A stretch of DNA of 64,000 nt from Antedon mediterranea (lineage: Eukaryota > Animalia > Echinodermata). The DNA lies in assembly GCF_964355755.1 (NCBI RefSeq), contig NC_092670.1:36072388-36136387 (forward strand). The letters run 5' to 3'. Each line of letters opens with the position of its first letter. Positions within the stretch are counted from its first letter, which is position 1. Positions 46,224 through 60,199 of the stretch are shown here, piece after piece. Both the position numbers and the translations under genes were made by a program. The notes beneath the pieces were generated by a model. The model saw only the letters and a program-made list of their open reading frames with translations. It was not told where the DNA came from and ran no database searches.

Positions 46224-46310
46224 AGGGTTGTAATTCACGAATCTTTGATGAAAAATCACAATTGTGTAAAATAACACTATGGTTCTAATTCACTAATATA
46301 TAATAGGCTT

Positions 46311-46735
46311 ACTATGAAACGGGTTTACTCTCAAGTCTCGAGCGTTTTAAACGTGATTCAATACTATGAAACGGGTGTACTCTCAAGTTTCAAGCGTTTT
46401 AAACGCGATTCAATACTACGAAACGGGTGTACTCTCAAGTCTCAAGCGTTTTAAACGCGATTTAATACTATGAAACGGGTTTACTCTCAAGTCTCAAGCG
46501 TTTTAAACGCGGTTCAATACTATGAAACGGGTGTACTCTAAAATTTCCAGCGTTTTAAACGCGATTCAATAGGCCTACTATAAACGGGTTCACTCTTAAA
46601 TCTCAAGCGTTTTAAACGCGGTTTAATACTACGAAACGGTCAGTGTAGGCCTACACTAACATTTCCAGCGTTTTAAACGCGATTCAATACTATGAAATGG
46701 GTGTGCTCTAAAATTTCAAGCATTTAAACGCAATT
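46311..46735. repeat. 52-bp minisatellite, ~8 copies
   Basis: Unit ACTATGAAACGGGTTTACTCTCAAGTCTCAAGCGTTTTAAACGCGATTCAAT. Confidence 0.9.
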
Positions 46736-47453
46736 TAACAGTATAGGTCTACACATTTATCATCATTAAGCCGATACACGAATCATCGCGTTATGCTTAT
46801 TCAGCAATAACTTTACGAGCATTGATCATTAAATGCTAGTCAATACTTTATCCTGTCATTTACAGAAATGGGCCTACCAAGGACAACGTGCAAAAATAAT
46901 TACATTTCAACATGCTTGATATAATAATAAGTAGCTCTCATTATAGGCGGCAAATGTATGATATTTTTAGATATTTTTAGAAATTATCAAACAAACAACA
47001 CACTGTTAACGATGCAATAATATAATAAAATACTGCAAAAATCAATTGTCAGTTTTCAATAATTTTCATTCATTAAACAGATTGTCGACAATGAAATAAT
47101 TAAGTATCCCAGCCAAGAAACGATATCGTCAAACTTTTAAAGTGAAATAAGCGACGTTTATTACTAATTTAAAATCAAACCACAATATGTAGGCCTAATA
47201 ACTACGTCAAAATTATCCTTTCCGCATGAGAAATTTATATACACAAATAAATTTCTTAATTTGGAAATATAAATAATTAGTATCATATTAATAAAACAAC
47301 TAAAGCAAAGCAAAACAAATAAAATGAATTTATTATTAAATCATCGTGTCATTTCGTATACAATCGAGTTGAGACTCACTCTTCCAAGAAATTAATATTT
47401 TAATTTTGGAAATATTGTACGTAATAAAACATAAATAATTAGTATCGTATTTG

Positions 47454-47487
<34 letters not shown>

Positions 47488-47967
47488 CAAAACAAAAATA
47501 TAATAATAATACATTAAAAAAAATAAAATCATCGCGTCATTTTGAACATTAGGCCCTACATATCGATAATTTATTATCAAAGATGAGTGAGACTACATTC
47601 ACTATCTTGCCTGAAAAAAATATACATTAATTTTTTAACTTTGGAAATTATAGAACAAAATAATAATATTAAAAAAATAATAATAAAAATATGTTTAATA
47701 ATGAAAACCACAATAGAATAACTAATATCCAACGTATTTTAAAATGTGTTAATCAAAATTAAATGCAAGTTGTGCTTTTTTGTCGGTAATATCCACAAGA
47801 AACAATAGCCAACAATTACACCTGGGAATACCCATAAGTCCATTGGATATATTAAAAGGTACGTTTCCAATAAAATGTAATAACACTAATCCATTATATC
47901 TACCTGTAAAGGAGCATAACGTGATCGTTAAACTTCCATCATCAAGCCGCTTTAGGCCAAAGAATGG

Positions 47968-48048
47968 GGGTATAAATAGTGGATGATGCGCGTCTCCCCT
48001 TCACTTGACATGGTCATCTTTGGCGGGCACTCCTGCTAAACGGTAAGT
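47968..48048 (+). promoter_or_regulatory. TATA box and probable non-coding first exon of the ZP-domain gene
   Basis: GGGTATAAATAG at ~47968-47979, initiator-like TCACTT ~30 nt downstream, donor CG|GTAAGT at 48042/48043. Confidence 0.6.
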
Positions 48049-48703
48049 ACAAAGTTTGTAAAGTGTATCTTCTGTTATCATTCAAACTGTAAGTATTCTT
48101 TTAGTTGTTAAATACAGAATAATGGTAATGTTTTTAAATACCACTTCTGATAAAAAATATAAAAGTTTACATGTGATCTACAAACAACGAAAATTACCTT
48201 CATGGTTCATTCAATTCTAGGTACTGTATTGTATCTGGATTATCTCCAGTATAATAGGAATACAACATCACACGTGTTTAAATGTATCTCTTAAATTTCA
48301 TATTATACCATAACCTAACCCGTAACATAGTCTTAAATGATACATGTATCACATGTGATGCAAATTAGAAGCTGTTTTACCAAATATGACTACGATACTG
48401 GGAAAATATTGTAGTGGAGATGCAGGGAAAAGTACTGAGCTTTTATTACCTCGTCTCTTTCTTACTGTACTTTCAATGTTTTATCGTTATTAATTTTCAA
48501 ATAATAGATGTTTATATAATAGAGGCCATATAAACATATTTTGCATTTCTTTGATTTTTATTTGAGCACATAAAACAAGGCCATATACATGGCTGCAGTC
48601 GCGTGCTCATGTTGTGTTTACCGAACACCGATCAACTGACCAACACTTAAGCGTTGCACGCCACTAACAACGGCTAACAATTGTCATTTTTTCTTCAGAA
48701 ACA

Positions 48704-51700
48704 ATGCGTATTTTCATATTGTTGTCGCTGCTAGTAGCAGTAGTCACAGGCTCTCATTACCGAGGTGGATCCTTCAATTATGAAAAGATAAGTGAATCAG
48801 AAGTGAGTAGTTTAATATTAAAACAAAATAACACTTAATCTCCACTTATTATATTTTTATAGTCTGCTGAAACACAGGTTTTAAGCAATTTAAGCCTATA
48901 ATAACAATAAAATTACAATATACACCTTTTTCATGCTTTTTTTTGCCAGAATAGATTTACCGCGGAACACAGAAATCAAATTTCTGATTTGCCGCGAAAC
49001 ACAGAAAGGAAGTTTCTGATTTACCGCGGAACACAGAAATCAAGTTTCTTATTTGCCGCGAAACACAGAAAGCAAGTTTCTGATTTACCGCGGAACACAG
49101 AAAGCTAGTTTTTCATTTAACGTGGAACACAGAAAGCTAGTTTCTGATTTACTGTGAAACTCAGAAAGCTAGTTTCTGATTTACTGCGGAACACATAAAG
49201 CAAGTTTCTGTAAAAAGCTGTAAAGACGTGTTACAGTCTATTTACACATTTTATTTGGAATAAACGCCTCGCTTTTATAATTTAAAAAAAAATGGTGTTC
49301 TGTCTTTTTGCTCTTTTCACCACTCGATCGTTGGTCAAAGATTTAGTTTCCAAAATGACTTTCATTACAAAAATATGCCTACGAGAGTTGGAACAATTAC
49401 AGACGTATATCGCACTACAATTTTAATACAGTTATTCGTAACTAAACTATTAGCCAATAACATAAACCCCAGATTGTTCAAAATATATCGCCTCATAGTT
49501 CGTCAATGTATCTTCTATTGATTTTAAACATTGTCATCCTAATATATTTTAATACAGTTATTAATTATATTTTTATATTATTAGTTAATGGTTCGATGGA
49601 GACTTGCTGCAAAACGTTCATGGGGTCCTGAGTACGAATGCAACTACGCCGGAGAACACCTTGAAGGCGAATACAATGGCATGTTACGATGTGTCGACTG
49701 CGAGGCTAACCAGTTAGTCGACGGCCCGCTCGAGTATGATTGTATAAGCTTCAGCGAAGATCAGAACTGGAGTATCGTAGAAGGATCCACGACATACACC
49801 GCAGATCGTTCAAAGTTCAAACTAATGTAAGTGAACAACCAATCAGGATCAGTTACATTGCTAGATAAGTAAGTAAACAACCAAGATTGTTACGTAAATA
49901 AACAAGGCCATATAGATGGCTGCAGTCGCGTGCTTAGTGTTTACCGACCGACCAACCTACCAACTGACCGAAATTACTGAACATGTTTAAAAATGTTGAA
50001 ATGTTTAAAATCAGTTATATTTTTTTAATTTACACGTGCGTAGCCTGTCACTTTTGACGTGCTCGTATAACGTAATTTCGAGTTGAAAAGTAAGTCAAGA
50101 AAACAGAAATCGGGCAAAAAGAGTTGGCAATAACATTTAACGCGCAGTGCGCGCGCAAAAATCTGCGCACTCATGGCAATTTTGTAAACGCTTAAAATTG
50201 CCTGAAACGTACTCTTATTTCATCGAAAATAAATTTTGAAAATTTTAAGTGCGCGTACGCATGCGTTACATGCGCTACGCACGTAATTGTATTGCCATAT
50301 GATGATTTATGCCCTGAAATTTATGAGTACCAAATTTTATTTAATTGTGATTCATGGTTGTGAAGATATGATTACAAACGTGATTTCATTAAATCGTGCG
50401 TAGACCGCGTAATTTTTTATTGCGCACCGTGAAAACATAACCACATCGATTCCTGGCCATAAGGAATATACTGTGAAAAATTGACTTAGCTAGATTAAAC
50501 TGATATCAAGATAAGGTCAGAAAGCGATAAAACGCATAGTGATACCGGACCGACAGACAGACCGACAGACCGACAGACAGACCGACAGACCGACAGACCG
50601 ACCGACATAGTGAACTATAGAGTCGCATCCACGCGACTAAAAACCAATCAGGATCAAGTTAGATTGTTACGTAAGTAAACAACCAATCAGGATCAGTTAG
50701 ATTGTTACGTAACTAAACTATTAGCCAATAATATAATAGCAAACCACAGAATGTTCCAAACTTCATAATAGCCTCTTATTAGTTCGTCAACGTATCTTTT
50801 TATTGATTTTAGACATTAGCATCCTATTCATACGGTTTCATGTCTACACTATAAAACTTTAGGTGACAAAAAGGGTGATGTGCGCATAATTATATGGATT
50901 TGATGATGTCATATCACTACCATATTTAAGGATATCACTACCATATTATTTAGTTTGATAGTGTATACAATACTATATATGTCTTTTTTAAGCTATCAAA
51001 TCGAGCCGATTAAACAGTGTCAGTATTCAAGTAATTGGATTGATTTAGTAAACTACGGACGAAGACTGTGCTGGCGACTTGTTACCAAAGTAGATCTTAC
51101 AAAAGACAACAAGCACTCACCCGTTGTGACCATGTTGCCCGTTTATACAGTAAGAGCTGGATGCAAAACTGTGATACCTATTGAAGGTAATTTTAAAACT
51201 AAAGAACCTATTATAGAAAGAACCATACGCAAAGCTTGGTTCCAAAATAATTACGTAGCCATAACATCGGCAAAGATTCGAGGCTTACTCGCTCCATTGC
51301 TCTGGTGGTGGAACGAGTCTTCTCGGATATAGACTAAAACACGTAGGTCCAGTGTACACATCTGGCTCATATGCACGTTAAAGTGCCTAGTACATCTTTC
51401 GAAATGAGAAGGAGGTTACTAGTACTAGTACACACAGCCACTGTCACGTCACTCACACACACTGGGCACTGTGTGAGAAACGTAGTTTACTACTGAACTG
51501 TCTTCCCAGTACGGTATAAAAAAAATTAATAAATACAAAAAATACAGTAGGCCGCTACAGTGCAACGGAAGTACCAATTAAATTGGTCTTCGCATTGAAG
51601 CTAATAATAATGTGTCTATTTGCGTTGATGTTTAGCCTCTGATGCAGACGGTGATACTGTTCGATGTCGATGGGCTAGATTAGAGGACGGCGAATGTCCC

Positions 51701-54700
51701 CTTCCAGTAGGCGGTAAGAGCGTTTGTGGTCAAGCTACAAGCAAGACTCTACTGGATGAGGTTAGTCAGACAAGGGCTTAATGAAAACCTTATATTGGGT
51801 ATTCAGAGACGAAAAGGCTGGTGTCAAGTTAAACTAGATAGAGCATGTAGCCGGTTAGTTTGACCGAAACAATTCCATGCAATATGAATGAGGCTTTACA
51901 GAAGGACAATTGCAATCAGTATCGTACTACAGACTTAAGTGGCATTCAGACTTGCCATAAAATACACTTGTGCGTATTTTAAAAAGTATAAAGTCGAGCC
52001 GTATGGTATGCCAATATATAAGTATATGTTATTGCTTAATTCTGTACTTACGTTTAGGAAAAATGTGAGCTCACAATCCCAAGTTTAGATTCTCCAGGCT
52101 GGTATGGCGCATCAATAATGGTTGAAGATTTCAAGAAAGATGACTTGACCGAACCTCTCAGCTCTATTCCATTTCAATTCCTCCTGAACGTAACAGAACG
52201 TACGTAAGAAAAGATTTCAAACAAAATGGTGTAATGTTAGAAGATTTTAAAAACGATGATTTAAAGACTGAAAATGATCTTCTTTTATTCAAATTCATGC
52301 CACTATTTCTATATCCTCTGCTTCCATTTTTACAATTCTGTATTATATATTCACAAAATATCATATCGTATCATAAAATATATGAAATTTTGATAGTTCT
52401 TATACATGTATTCATCGACTCCATTTTGTTTTCTTATTCATGTAGCTGGAAGCTGCGTGGGCCCTTCTCTGATTGGTCCTGAGTGTGAAGTTTTAAAGCC
52501 TGGACAGCAATGGAGCGGAGACATTTCAGCTAGCCTTCCTTCAAAGTCAGAAGGAACTAAGTAAGTTGCAACTATCCCACTAAGTAAGTTCTATCGACCC
52601 ACACACATAAGTAAGTTATCAATTAAGTTGCAACGACAAACGCGCGCAAATAAGTAAATCCGTCGCATTGCCAACGTCTCATCAGAAGCTGAATGAATCC
52701 GTGAATCCGGCAATGCCACATAATACGTATGATGTTATTTTTGTTTGTTTGGCAGCATCATAGCTTTGCTGATGAGTCCACCAACTGGTATGACATTTGA
52801 AGTTCTGACAACTTTACCAGCACCTACGGCGTCTGCTACATTGACGTACACTGTACCAGAAGAGGCATCCGGGGTCTTAGCATTCTGCTATACCGCTCTT
52901 GATAACAACTGGTAAGAATAAGAACTAAATTCAACTGGCAGTAGTTAGGTTAAACTGGTATGAACTAGATTAAACTGGTATAAATTAGATTAAACTAATA
53001 AGAACTAGATAACACATAAGAACTAAATTCAACTGGCAGTAGTTAGGTTAAACTGGTATGAACTAGATTAAACTGGTATAAATTAGATTAAACTAATAAG
53101 AACTAGATAACACATAAGAACTAAATTCAACTGGCAGTAGTTAGGTTAAACTGGTATGAACTAGATTAAACTGGTATACATTAGATTAAACTAATAAGAA
53201 CTAGATAACACATAAGAACTAAATTCAACTGGCAGTAGTTAGGTTAAACTGGTATGAACTAGATTAAACTGGTATAAATTAGATTAAACTAATAAGAACT
53301 AGATAACACATAAGAACTAAATTCAACTGGCAGTAGTTAGGTTAAACTGGTATGAACTAGATTAAACTGGTATAAATTACATTAAACTAAAAAGAACTAG
53401 ATAACACATAAGAACTAAATTCAACTGGTAGAGAGTCAATGTTTAAACCAAATGTTTGTTTCTTGCAAAACAATGCCATATACATGCCTGCAAATTTAAG
53501 TTAGTTTTTACCGACCGACCATCCGAACATCCGACCAACCGACCGACATAGTGAGCTGTAGAGTCGCCTTGTCCGCGTCTAAAAATGAGTGAACGTGCAC
53601 ATACTAAGTGGCTCAGTTAGGCTTAGCTAATTGACACGTGAAGTTGGCTTCGTGAACCAAATTACCGCTTTCTGTACTTTGGTGGATAGATAACCAACTT
53701 ACCCGGGCAAATTACTAGGCCTGCAAGAGAAAAAAACAATTCAAGATCTACATTCATTGTTGGTATGTTCAATTATCTTTTCTCTTTGCAGGGTTCAAGG
53801 TGATCCAGTATGCAGCAAGTTACTCATATCTAGTAAGTCTTATGCAATTGTGTTAATCGATAATAATTTTCTTTCGGTCCTATAATCGATTTCACTATTC
53901 GATGATAGTGAAACTTTTCTTGTCTTACAATAATTGATAGTAACTAACTGAATAACAGTCCGAATTCAATTGTTTTTATTGTATTTTTTAGGTGATGAAG
54001 TGACTACAGAACCAATCGATAATGAACCTCCTGCTCTAGTTCCCGCATTATCAATTCCAGCTCCAGGTGCAAAATTCTCAAATAAACCTGGCCAAGGAAT
54101 CCCGAAGACATGGCGATTGACTTTCTCAAAACCGGTAAGAGTATCAATTTGTTTATAAATGTTTTGGGTTATTAAACTCAGATATTTATTCATTCAATCT
54201 TTTATTTCGGAATCTCTGGTCCATAAAAGATAAAATTAGGCCTACGTATACATCAATAAAAAAAAAGAATTAAAACTGTACTAATTACTATACCTCATCT
54301 CAGGATGGCATTACACCTAGAGAGTATCTTTGATTTATATAAGACGTTGTCTATTTTCTATATTCTTACTTGAATTATAAAAATCATAAAAAGAAGGAAA
54401 TTCTATATTCCGTAAACATGAGGCTTGCACTACAATGTCGAGGCCATTGCAATAACATTCTTAACCCATTATTGTAGAATACCTGAAGAGATCGCAAGAT
54501 ATCCTGATTATAGTTGTACCATAATGTAGCACACAATATATATTTACACAATATCTAAACAAAACACATCGACAGAACACACAGACAATACTCTTCTGAC
54601 GACAAGTACAAAACAAACGACAATCAGCTAACTTCATTCGTACTTTTATTTACAACATATCTGGATTATTACCAGACTCCCCAGTATTCACAAATGACGT

Positions 54701-57700
54701 GTACAGATCTTCCTCTCTATTTATGCCCGTTTATGCATTACGTCATTCATAAATTACTCACGCATAACGGAATGTAACTAGCGCCATCGCAGTATTACAA
54801 CCAAAATATTCTAAACTTTTTACTCTTTTTATTAACTGTCATGGTGTGCTTAGTGATTGAGCATTAATAATACAGTATACAACTTCTTCTTTTGTTAATG
54901 AATTAAATTTCCATACAGTTTGATAGACCAAAAACAGAAGCATTTATTCGAATTAAAGCATCCGGTAAAAAAGGCCTTCAACAACTTGCAACATTCAACG
55001 TTGCTGACCCAGAAGAAGTTGCATTTGTTGACGGAGAAAAGAGTGCTGTTTTAGAGTTTAAACCACCGTTAAACAAACTCAAAGATGGTGCAAACTTTAT
55101 GATCGAGGTTGATGCTGGTACAGCTGTTGTCTATAAGAAAGATCTCTGCGGCAACGCACCTGCAGAAAATGAGAATCCGGTTTCGATGTACGGCTTCGAA
55201 ACCGAGAAGTGTAAATCTATACCTCCGCCGAAAATATTGCCAGCCGAGTCTATACCTGCTGAAGGTCAGCCAATGGCCACTGGGAAGCCTTGGCAAATCA
55301 AGTTCAGCAAAAAGGTTTAGTTTTTATATTGTCTATACATTATATAGAACTGTCATTGAATCAACGTTTTAGGTGAATGAGCAGTTACACGATTAAAAAT
55401 CAATTAAATCGGCCTATATAGATAAAAACAACAAATACTTGAGCCAAACCACACCATAGCAATTATATATAGTGTCTTCTTTAGACTGTTGTTGGTACAT
55501 TTTTTATTTAGTAAAAAGTAAAATGAATAAATAAACTGTACTTAGGATTGAAACTACTTTCCAAAAGAATAGCTTTAAAAAATAAATTAAATTCATGATT
55601 TGACAAACTTTTTGACTTTAAAAGTGGATCTAATTTGTTCAGTGATACCTAATTTTAAATGCTATGGTGTATCATATCCCTTTAAGAACCAGGTGGAACT
55701 GTTTCAGTTCGGTTCGATCCGTTCAATGTTAAGGTCATTTCTTACAGATAAAACGTCCATCAAAGCCTGCATTTATTAAGATCATAATGGTAGATGGAAA
55801 TGTCGAGGCAGCTAGTTTTGACGTAAGTGACCCATCCCAGGTGGTGTTCCCTGATGATGACCAAACGGTGCTGCGCTACACTCCAACTTTTGAAATGGAG
55901 GATGATAAACAGTATTCGCTTTCTATTGGAAAAGGCATTGCAGTGGCCGCTAAGACATCAAACTGCAAAGGCGATCCTAAAGTCAATGACAATGTCATGG
56001 CGAATTATAACTTCTTGTCCCGTAAGTACTGAGCTAACTGTGATCTTCAATTTTTTTTCGATGACAATGCTTTACTTAGAATAATGTTTCAACGCTAATA
56101 AACTTTAAAAAATTGCAATACTACTTGTAGGCTTACATTCTTTTACTAAATGTAATTACAAATGCGTAGTTTGATGAACATTATTGATAATCCTTGTTGA
56201 AATTATTTTTAATTTACTAGCACCTCCTCTGAAGCCGTTTTCATCTTGCGATGAGAATAGTATGACTTTCTTTGTACCACACAAATATGTTAGTAAGATT
56301 GAACCAACCTTACTCCACCTACATGACAAACGATGTACAGCCAAGAACTTTGATAAAGATTATTTGATTGTTAAAACATTCTACGATGAGTGTGCAACCA
56401 AATCTAAGGTAGGCCTCCATACATTTTATTCAGACTAATCTTTTGCAAAGTAACCATAAGTAACTCCATAAACCAATCCGAACAGTTACACAGTAATTCC
56501 ACCCAATACACAAGCGGTATCAATATTTTGCAATGATAAGCATCATGCAAGCATGCAGTATGCGTCCTGACAGCAACCTTCATCACATTATGTGATACTG
56601 TATATCCTCGTCCTCTCCTGACATACGCTAAAGTCTTCTTCAAAGGCGTATGGAACTCATCTTGTATTCTTCGCCACTTTATTCAATCGTCCTTATCTTC
56701 TGAGGAAGTTTGTCTATAGTATCTTTCTTCTGATTCTATCTCAGATAAATCTTTCCAATAAATCCAATGTTTTACTGATGTCTAAGCGCTATAAACTTGT
56801 ATTGTATGTTGCTTTCTTCAGAGATTGGGACCGAATTCCATGCGTTATATGAACACTCTGCGCAGCACACCAGAACCTGTTTTCGCCGGTGCGTCAGCCA
56901 CACGAAAAGTCCACGAAGTCGATATACGTTTTATCTGTGACGTTAAAGGTACCGGAGTAAACACTCCACGATACAACTCCAACAATGGCGTGGAGGGAAG
57001 AAAGTTTTCAGGCAGTACCAACATGAAAACTTACTTAGCATTGTACACGGACAAAACCTTTTCGAAGAAGACAGAATTAAAGTTTCCTAATGTAAGCTTC
57101 AGTGATGTTTTGTACTTTGGTGCAAACGCAGACGACTCTACAAACCGTTTAGAGATTGAAAGCTGCCGGGCAGTGGCTAAAGATAAAACGTGTACCGATG
57201 ACGATGAGCCCTACGTCTTCATTGAAAAGGGGTAATAATAATAGTTAATTCTCATATAATAGCGCATTATTATAAGCAGGCTCTCAATGCGCTGTACTAC
57301 ATAATTTACGTAAAACAGAAAATGGCAACATTTAAGATAACTGAAAAGGCTTGTTGGTTCTTTGAAGATTTCAAAGTAACACACATTTCGATTGATAATT
57401 CCACAACGCTGGAGTTGACATAGGTAGACGTCCTAGTCTTTGACAAATTGACATACCACCTGAACTAAGAGCTAGCTAAAGCTCTGTCTACACTATCAAC
57501 AAGTTTGATGTACCCAAATATGGTGGTGATATGATGTAATCATGTCTATATATGGGCACGTTCACATCAAATAAAGTTTGATAGTAAGATTATTACACTG
57601 TTGTTTCTGCTAAACACTTAGATGTATTAGTAAGTATTTTTTTTATATATTTTAGCTGTCCAGTTGATTCAACTGTGAGGTTCCTTGACTCGACTGATTC

Positions 57701-58276
57701 CGAACTTCGATTCAGTATCTCAGCGTTTGCTATCATTGGAAAGGGGCTCGATCATGATGTAAGTAGTTTAGTATTACATTGAGAACAACTTAAACATGTT
57801 GGAAAGGGAGTATGGGACTCAGTATAGATGTTTAACAAAGTAATTGCTTGAATGTTTAGGTTGTGGGAATTCTTAGGTTGATAATGGTAGGCCTACCATA
57901 TTGTTAGGCCTCGTCTACACAACCTATAGGCCTATCCAAGATGTCCACTGTATAAAGAATGTTGTGTTAACTGGGCGCTGTCCATTCGAAAATTAGAATA
58001 ACTACTATACTGTACAGTAGTTATGTGATAGACAATCACAAAACCTTGTCGAAACAGCTGCAAACTCGGAGTTTGCAAACAGAAGTTCGCTAGTGTAAAG
58101 CTTCTCTGTCGGTCGTTGGCAATGCAGTATGATTCTGATGACTGGTTTGAAAACTATTTCTTTTTTCTATTCAGGTAATTGTACGTTGTCGGATGGTAGC
58201 TTGTAACGCAAGAAACGCTGATGACTGTGATAGACTCAAGGAAGCCAGAAGCTCATGTGGACCTGCTAAAGGATAA
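48704..58276 (+). CDS. Secreted protein: signal peptide, Sib/integrin-beta-like N-terminal region, two bacterial-Ig-like repeats, C-terminal ZP module; 15 coding exons, ~909 aa
   Basis: Exons 48704-48802, 49585-49826, 50993-51186, 51636-51760, 52058-52199, 52446-52560, 52756-52911, 53792-53832, 53992-54134, 54919-55314, 55748-56021, 56221-56408, 56822-57231, 57656-57758, 58175-58276; phases consistent. MRIFILLSLLVAVVTG signal; SHYRGG, NKHSPV, DADGDTVRCRWA, PLSSIPFQF; ZP cysteine pattern C..SMTF, DKRC, YDECAT, RFIC, IESCRA, FIEKGCPVD, VIVRCRMVAC. Confidence 0.85.
48955..49210. repeat. ~32-bp minisatellite, ~8 copies
   Basis: GATTTACCGCGGAACACAGAAAGCAAGTTTCT-like units. Confidence 0.85.
49901..50642 (-). 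mobile_element. Helentron-associated HINE / DINE-1-like element
   Basis: Minus strand TTTTTAGTCGCGTGGATGCGACTC 5' end, (GTCG/GTCT)n microsatellite, 3' CACGCGACT sub-TIR, GCCATCTATATGGC stem-loop and CTTGTTT; shorter relatives at ~48573-48660, 53468-53585 and 33478-33566. Confidence 0.7.
50843..50965. mobile_element. Harbinger-type MITE copy
   Basis: TGTCTACACTAT..GATGATGTCATATCACTACC..AGTTTGATAGTGTA. Confidence 0.65.
51265..51500 (+). mobile_element. Deu-domain-like SINE fragment
   Basis: GGATATAGAC..GTAGGTCCAGTGTAC..GCACGTTAAAG..CCTAGTACATCTTTCG. Confidence 0.6.
52918..53428. repeat. 98-bp minisatellite, ~5 copies, starting right after a splice donor
   Basis: GAACTAAATTCAACTGGCAG recurs at 52922, 53020, 53118 and onward. 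Confidence 0.93.
57480..57585. mobile_element. Harbinger-type MITE copy
   Basis: AGCTCTGTCTACACTATCAA..AAGTTTGATAGT. Confidence 0.65.
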
Positions 58277-58391
58277 ACTGTGAAGCCGTCAGCTTGCACC
58301 AAGAACAATTGAACGATATCGACAAACAAATCTTAAGAAAGGAGGTTAAAAAGTGACTTTGTATTATTTAGATATTAATTAAAACAAACGT

Positions 58392-58890
58392 TAGATCTAC
58401 ATGTTTTAGGTTATTACTGTAAGGTCTTCGAGATCTTCAACTTCTTGGTCTACTCCTGGCGAATCTTAGTGTAATGGTACCTAATTATTAATTGTCATGT
58501 TATGGATATAGGATACTGAATAACCTCTCATGACATACAAGAGCTTCTTCTTCAAAGGCGTACGGGAAGGGGCTTTTGTATGTCAGCCTAGATCTACGTG
58601 TTTTAGATATCTATGTTCTTAGATATTCAACTTCTTGGACTACTTATGGCCAATCTTACTGTAAAGTATAATGTCGCCTAATTACTAAATGTCATGTTAT
58701 GTATATAGGCTAGATACTGAATAACCTCTCATGACATACAAGAGCCTCTTCTTCAAAGGCGTATGGGAAGGGGCTTTTGTATGTCAGCCTAGATATCTAC
58801 ATGTTTTAGATTATGTTCTTCGAGATCTTCAACTTCTTAGTCAACATATAATCTTACTGTAAAGTGTGCCTAATTATTAAATGTCATGTT
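58392..58890. repeat. ~200-bp tandem duplication (2.5 copies) in the 3' UTR of the ZP gene
   Basis: TAGATCTACATGTTTTAG..CTTCAACTTCTT.. recurs at ~58392, 58589 and 58790; AATAAA follows at ~58893. Confidence 0.8.
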
Positions 58891-60199
58891 CTAATAAATA
58901 AAATTAATGTTGATGTATCAATATTGAGTATTGGTTTATCTGTCTGTCTTTTTAGTCTGTAACTGTATTTAAAGAGTCAATAAAGTGTTTATATCTTCTG
59001 CGCATGTCTATAAACCAATAATCGTTGAAAAGAACTGACAAAACGATTCTGACCAACAGGAATTAAGAAGGCATATTGCTTTGGTTTTCAATCGAAGATA
59101 TCAGACAAACTGCACCTATCTGGATTCTATCCTGACTGAAAGTTAATTTGCTGTAAAACAGTACTAACACATTTACAGACGGTGTTAGTCAGTCAACAAC
59201 TAGTAGCAGCTGATCTCGCTGTATTAATAAACAAATACCCCATTCCTTCTAGCACCTGCAAACAATGCGTACGTTAGGCCTAAGACTTAGCCAAAGAAAA
59301 TAGCTGCAGAGCTACATTTATTCGCATACTGTAGCAATAGATCGAATAAATACCGCTTTCAATAAGCTCTGCAATAAAACATTTAAAAATGGTATAGCCT
59401 ACAAGGTAATTGCGGTGCTTGTTTGATAACACTGAATGCAAACTGTTAAAAAAGTTAAAGGCTCAACTCACATTATTCACGGCATAACACTGTCATGTCA
59501 CATTTAGATCAATAAGTTATCTCACTCCTTCAAAAGTTAAAGATACGATATCAACCCTTGTATTAAGAGCGTGGTTAAATGATGTCGAATCATGGGGTGT
59601 TCTATTACTTTACAGGGACATTTCTAGATATTCAGAATTTTTGTTTTTTAGCCATTATTTCCTCCATGACCTTGTTAGTATTATTCTATTGTAGTGGTTA
59701 AAGAAGATTGTTCAAAAGGAATTGCACATTATATTAGTCCAAGTGGTCGTATTCTCCAATCACAAGTCAAAAAAGTGGTAGTGACTGTTTAAATTTAAAG
59801 ATGTTTCCTTCCTTAAATGTGATTGGTGAATACGTCCACAGGGTTGGTTCGTAATATTATTTGTAAAGAGCATCCGTTGCCTATCTACTACAACCGCATA
59901 TAAAAGAAATACTATACAATCTTCATAATTTGCATATCATCGGAATTTATTGATTTCAAAATTATCAACTAAGCAAACACTTAGGCCGATGTCTAAAATC
60001 AGATCATATTTTTCTAAATTAATTGTTAAACGGTTTAAAATATTGCATGGTCAAAGTCAGCAGAGTCTTTCCTCGGTAAATGTAATCATTAATACATAGT
60101 AATAGCGATATTGTTAATTATTAATTATGAAGTTATAATATTTCTATCAATTTGTTGGTACATCAACTCTGTCTGCTCTTCTTTTCTAGCCCTCCTTTT

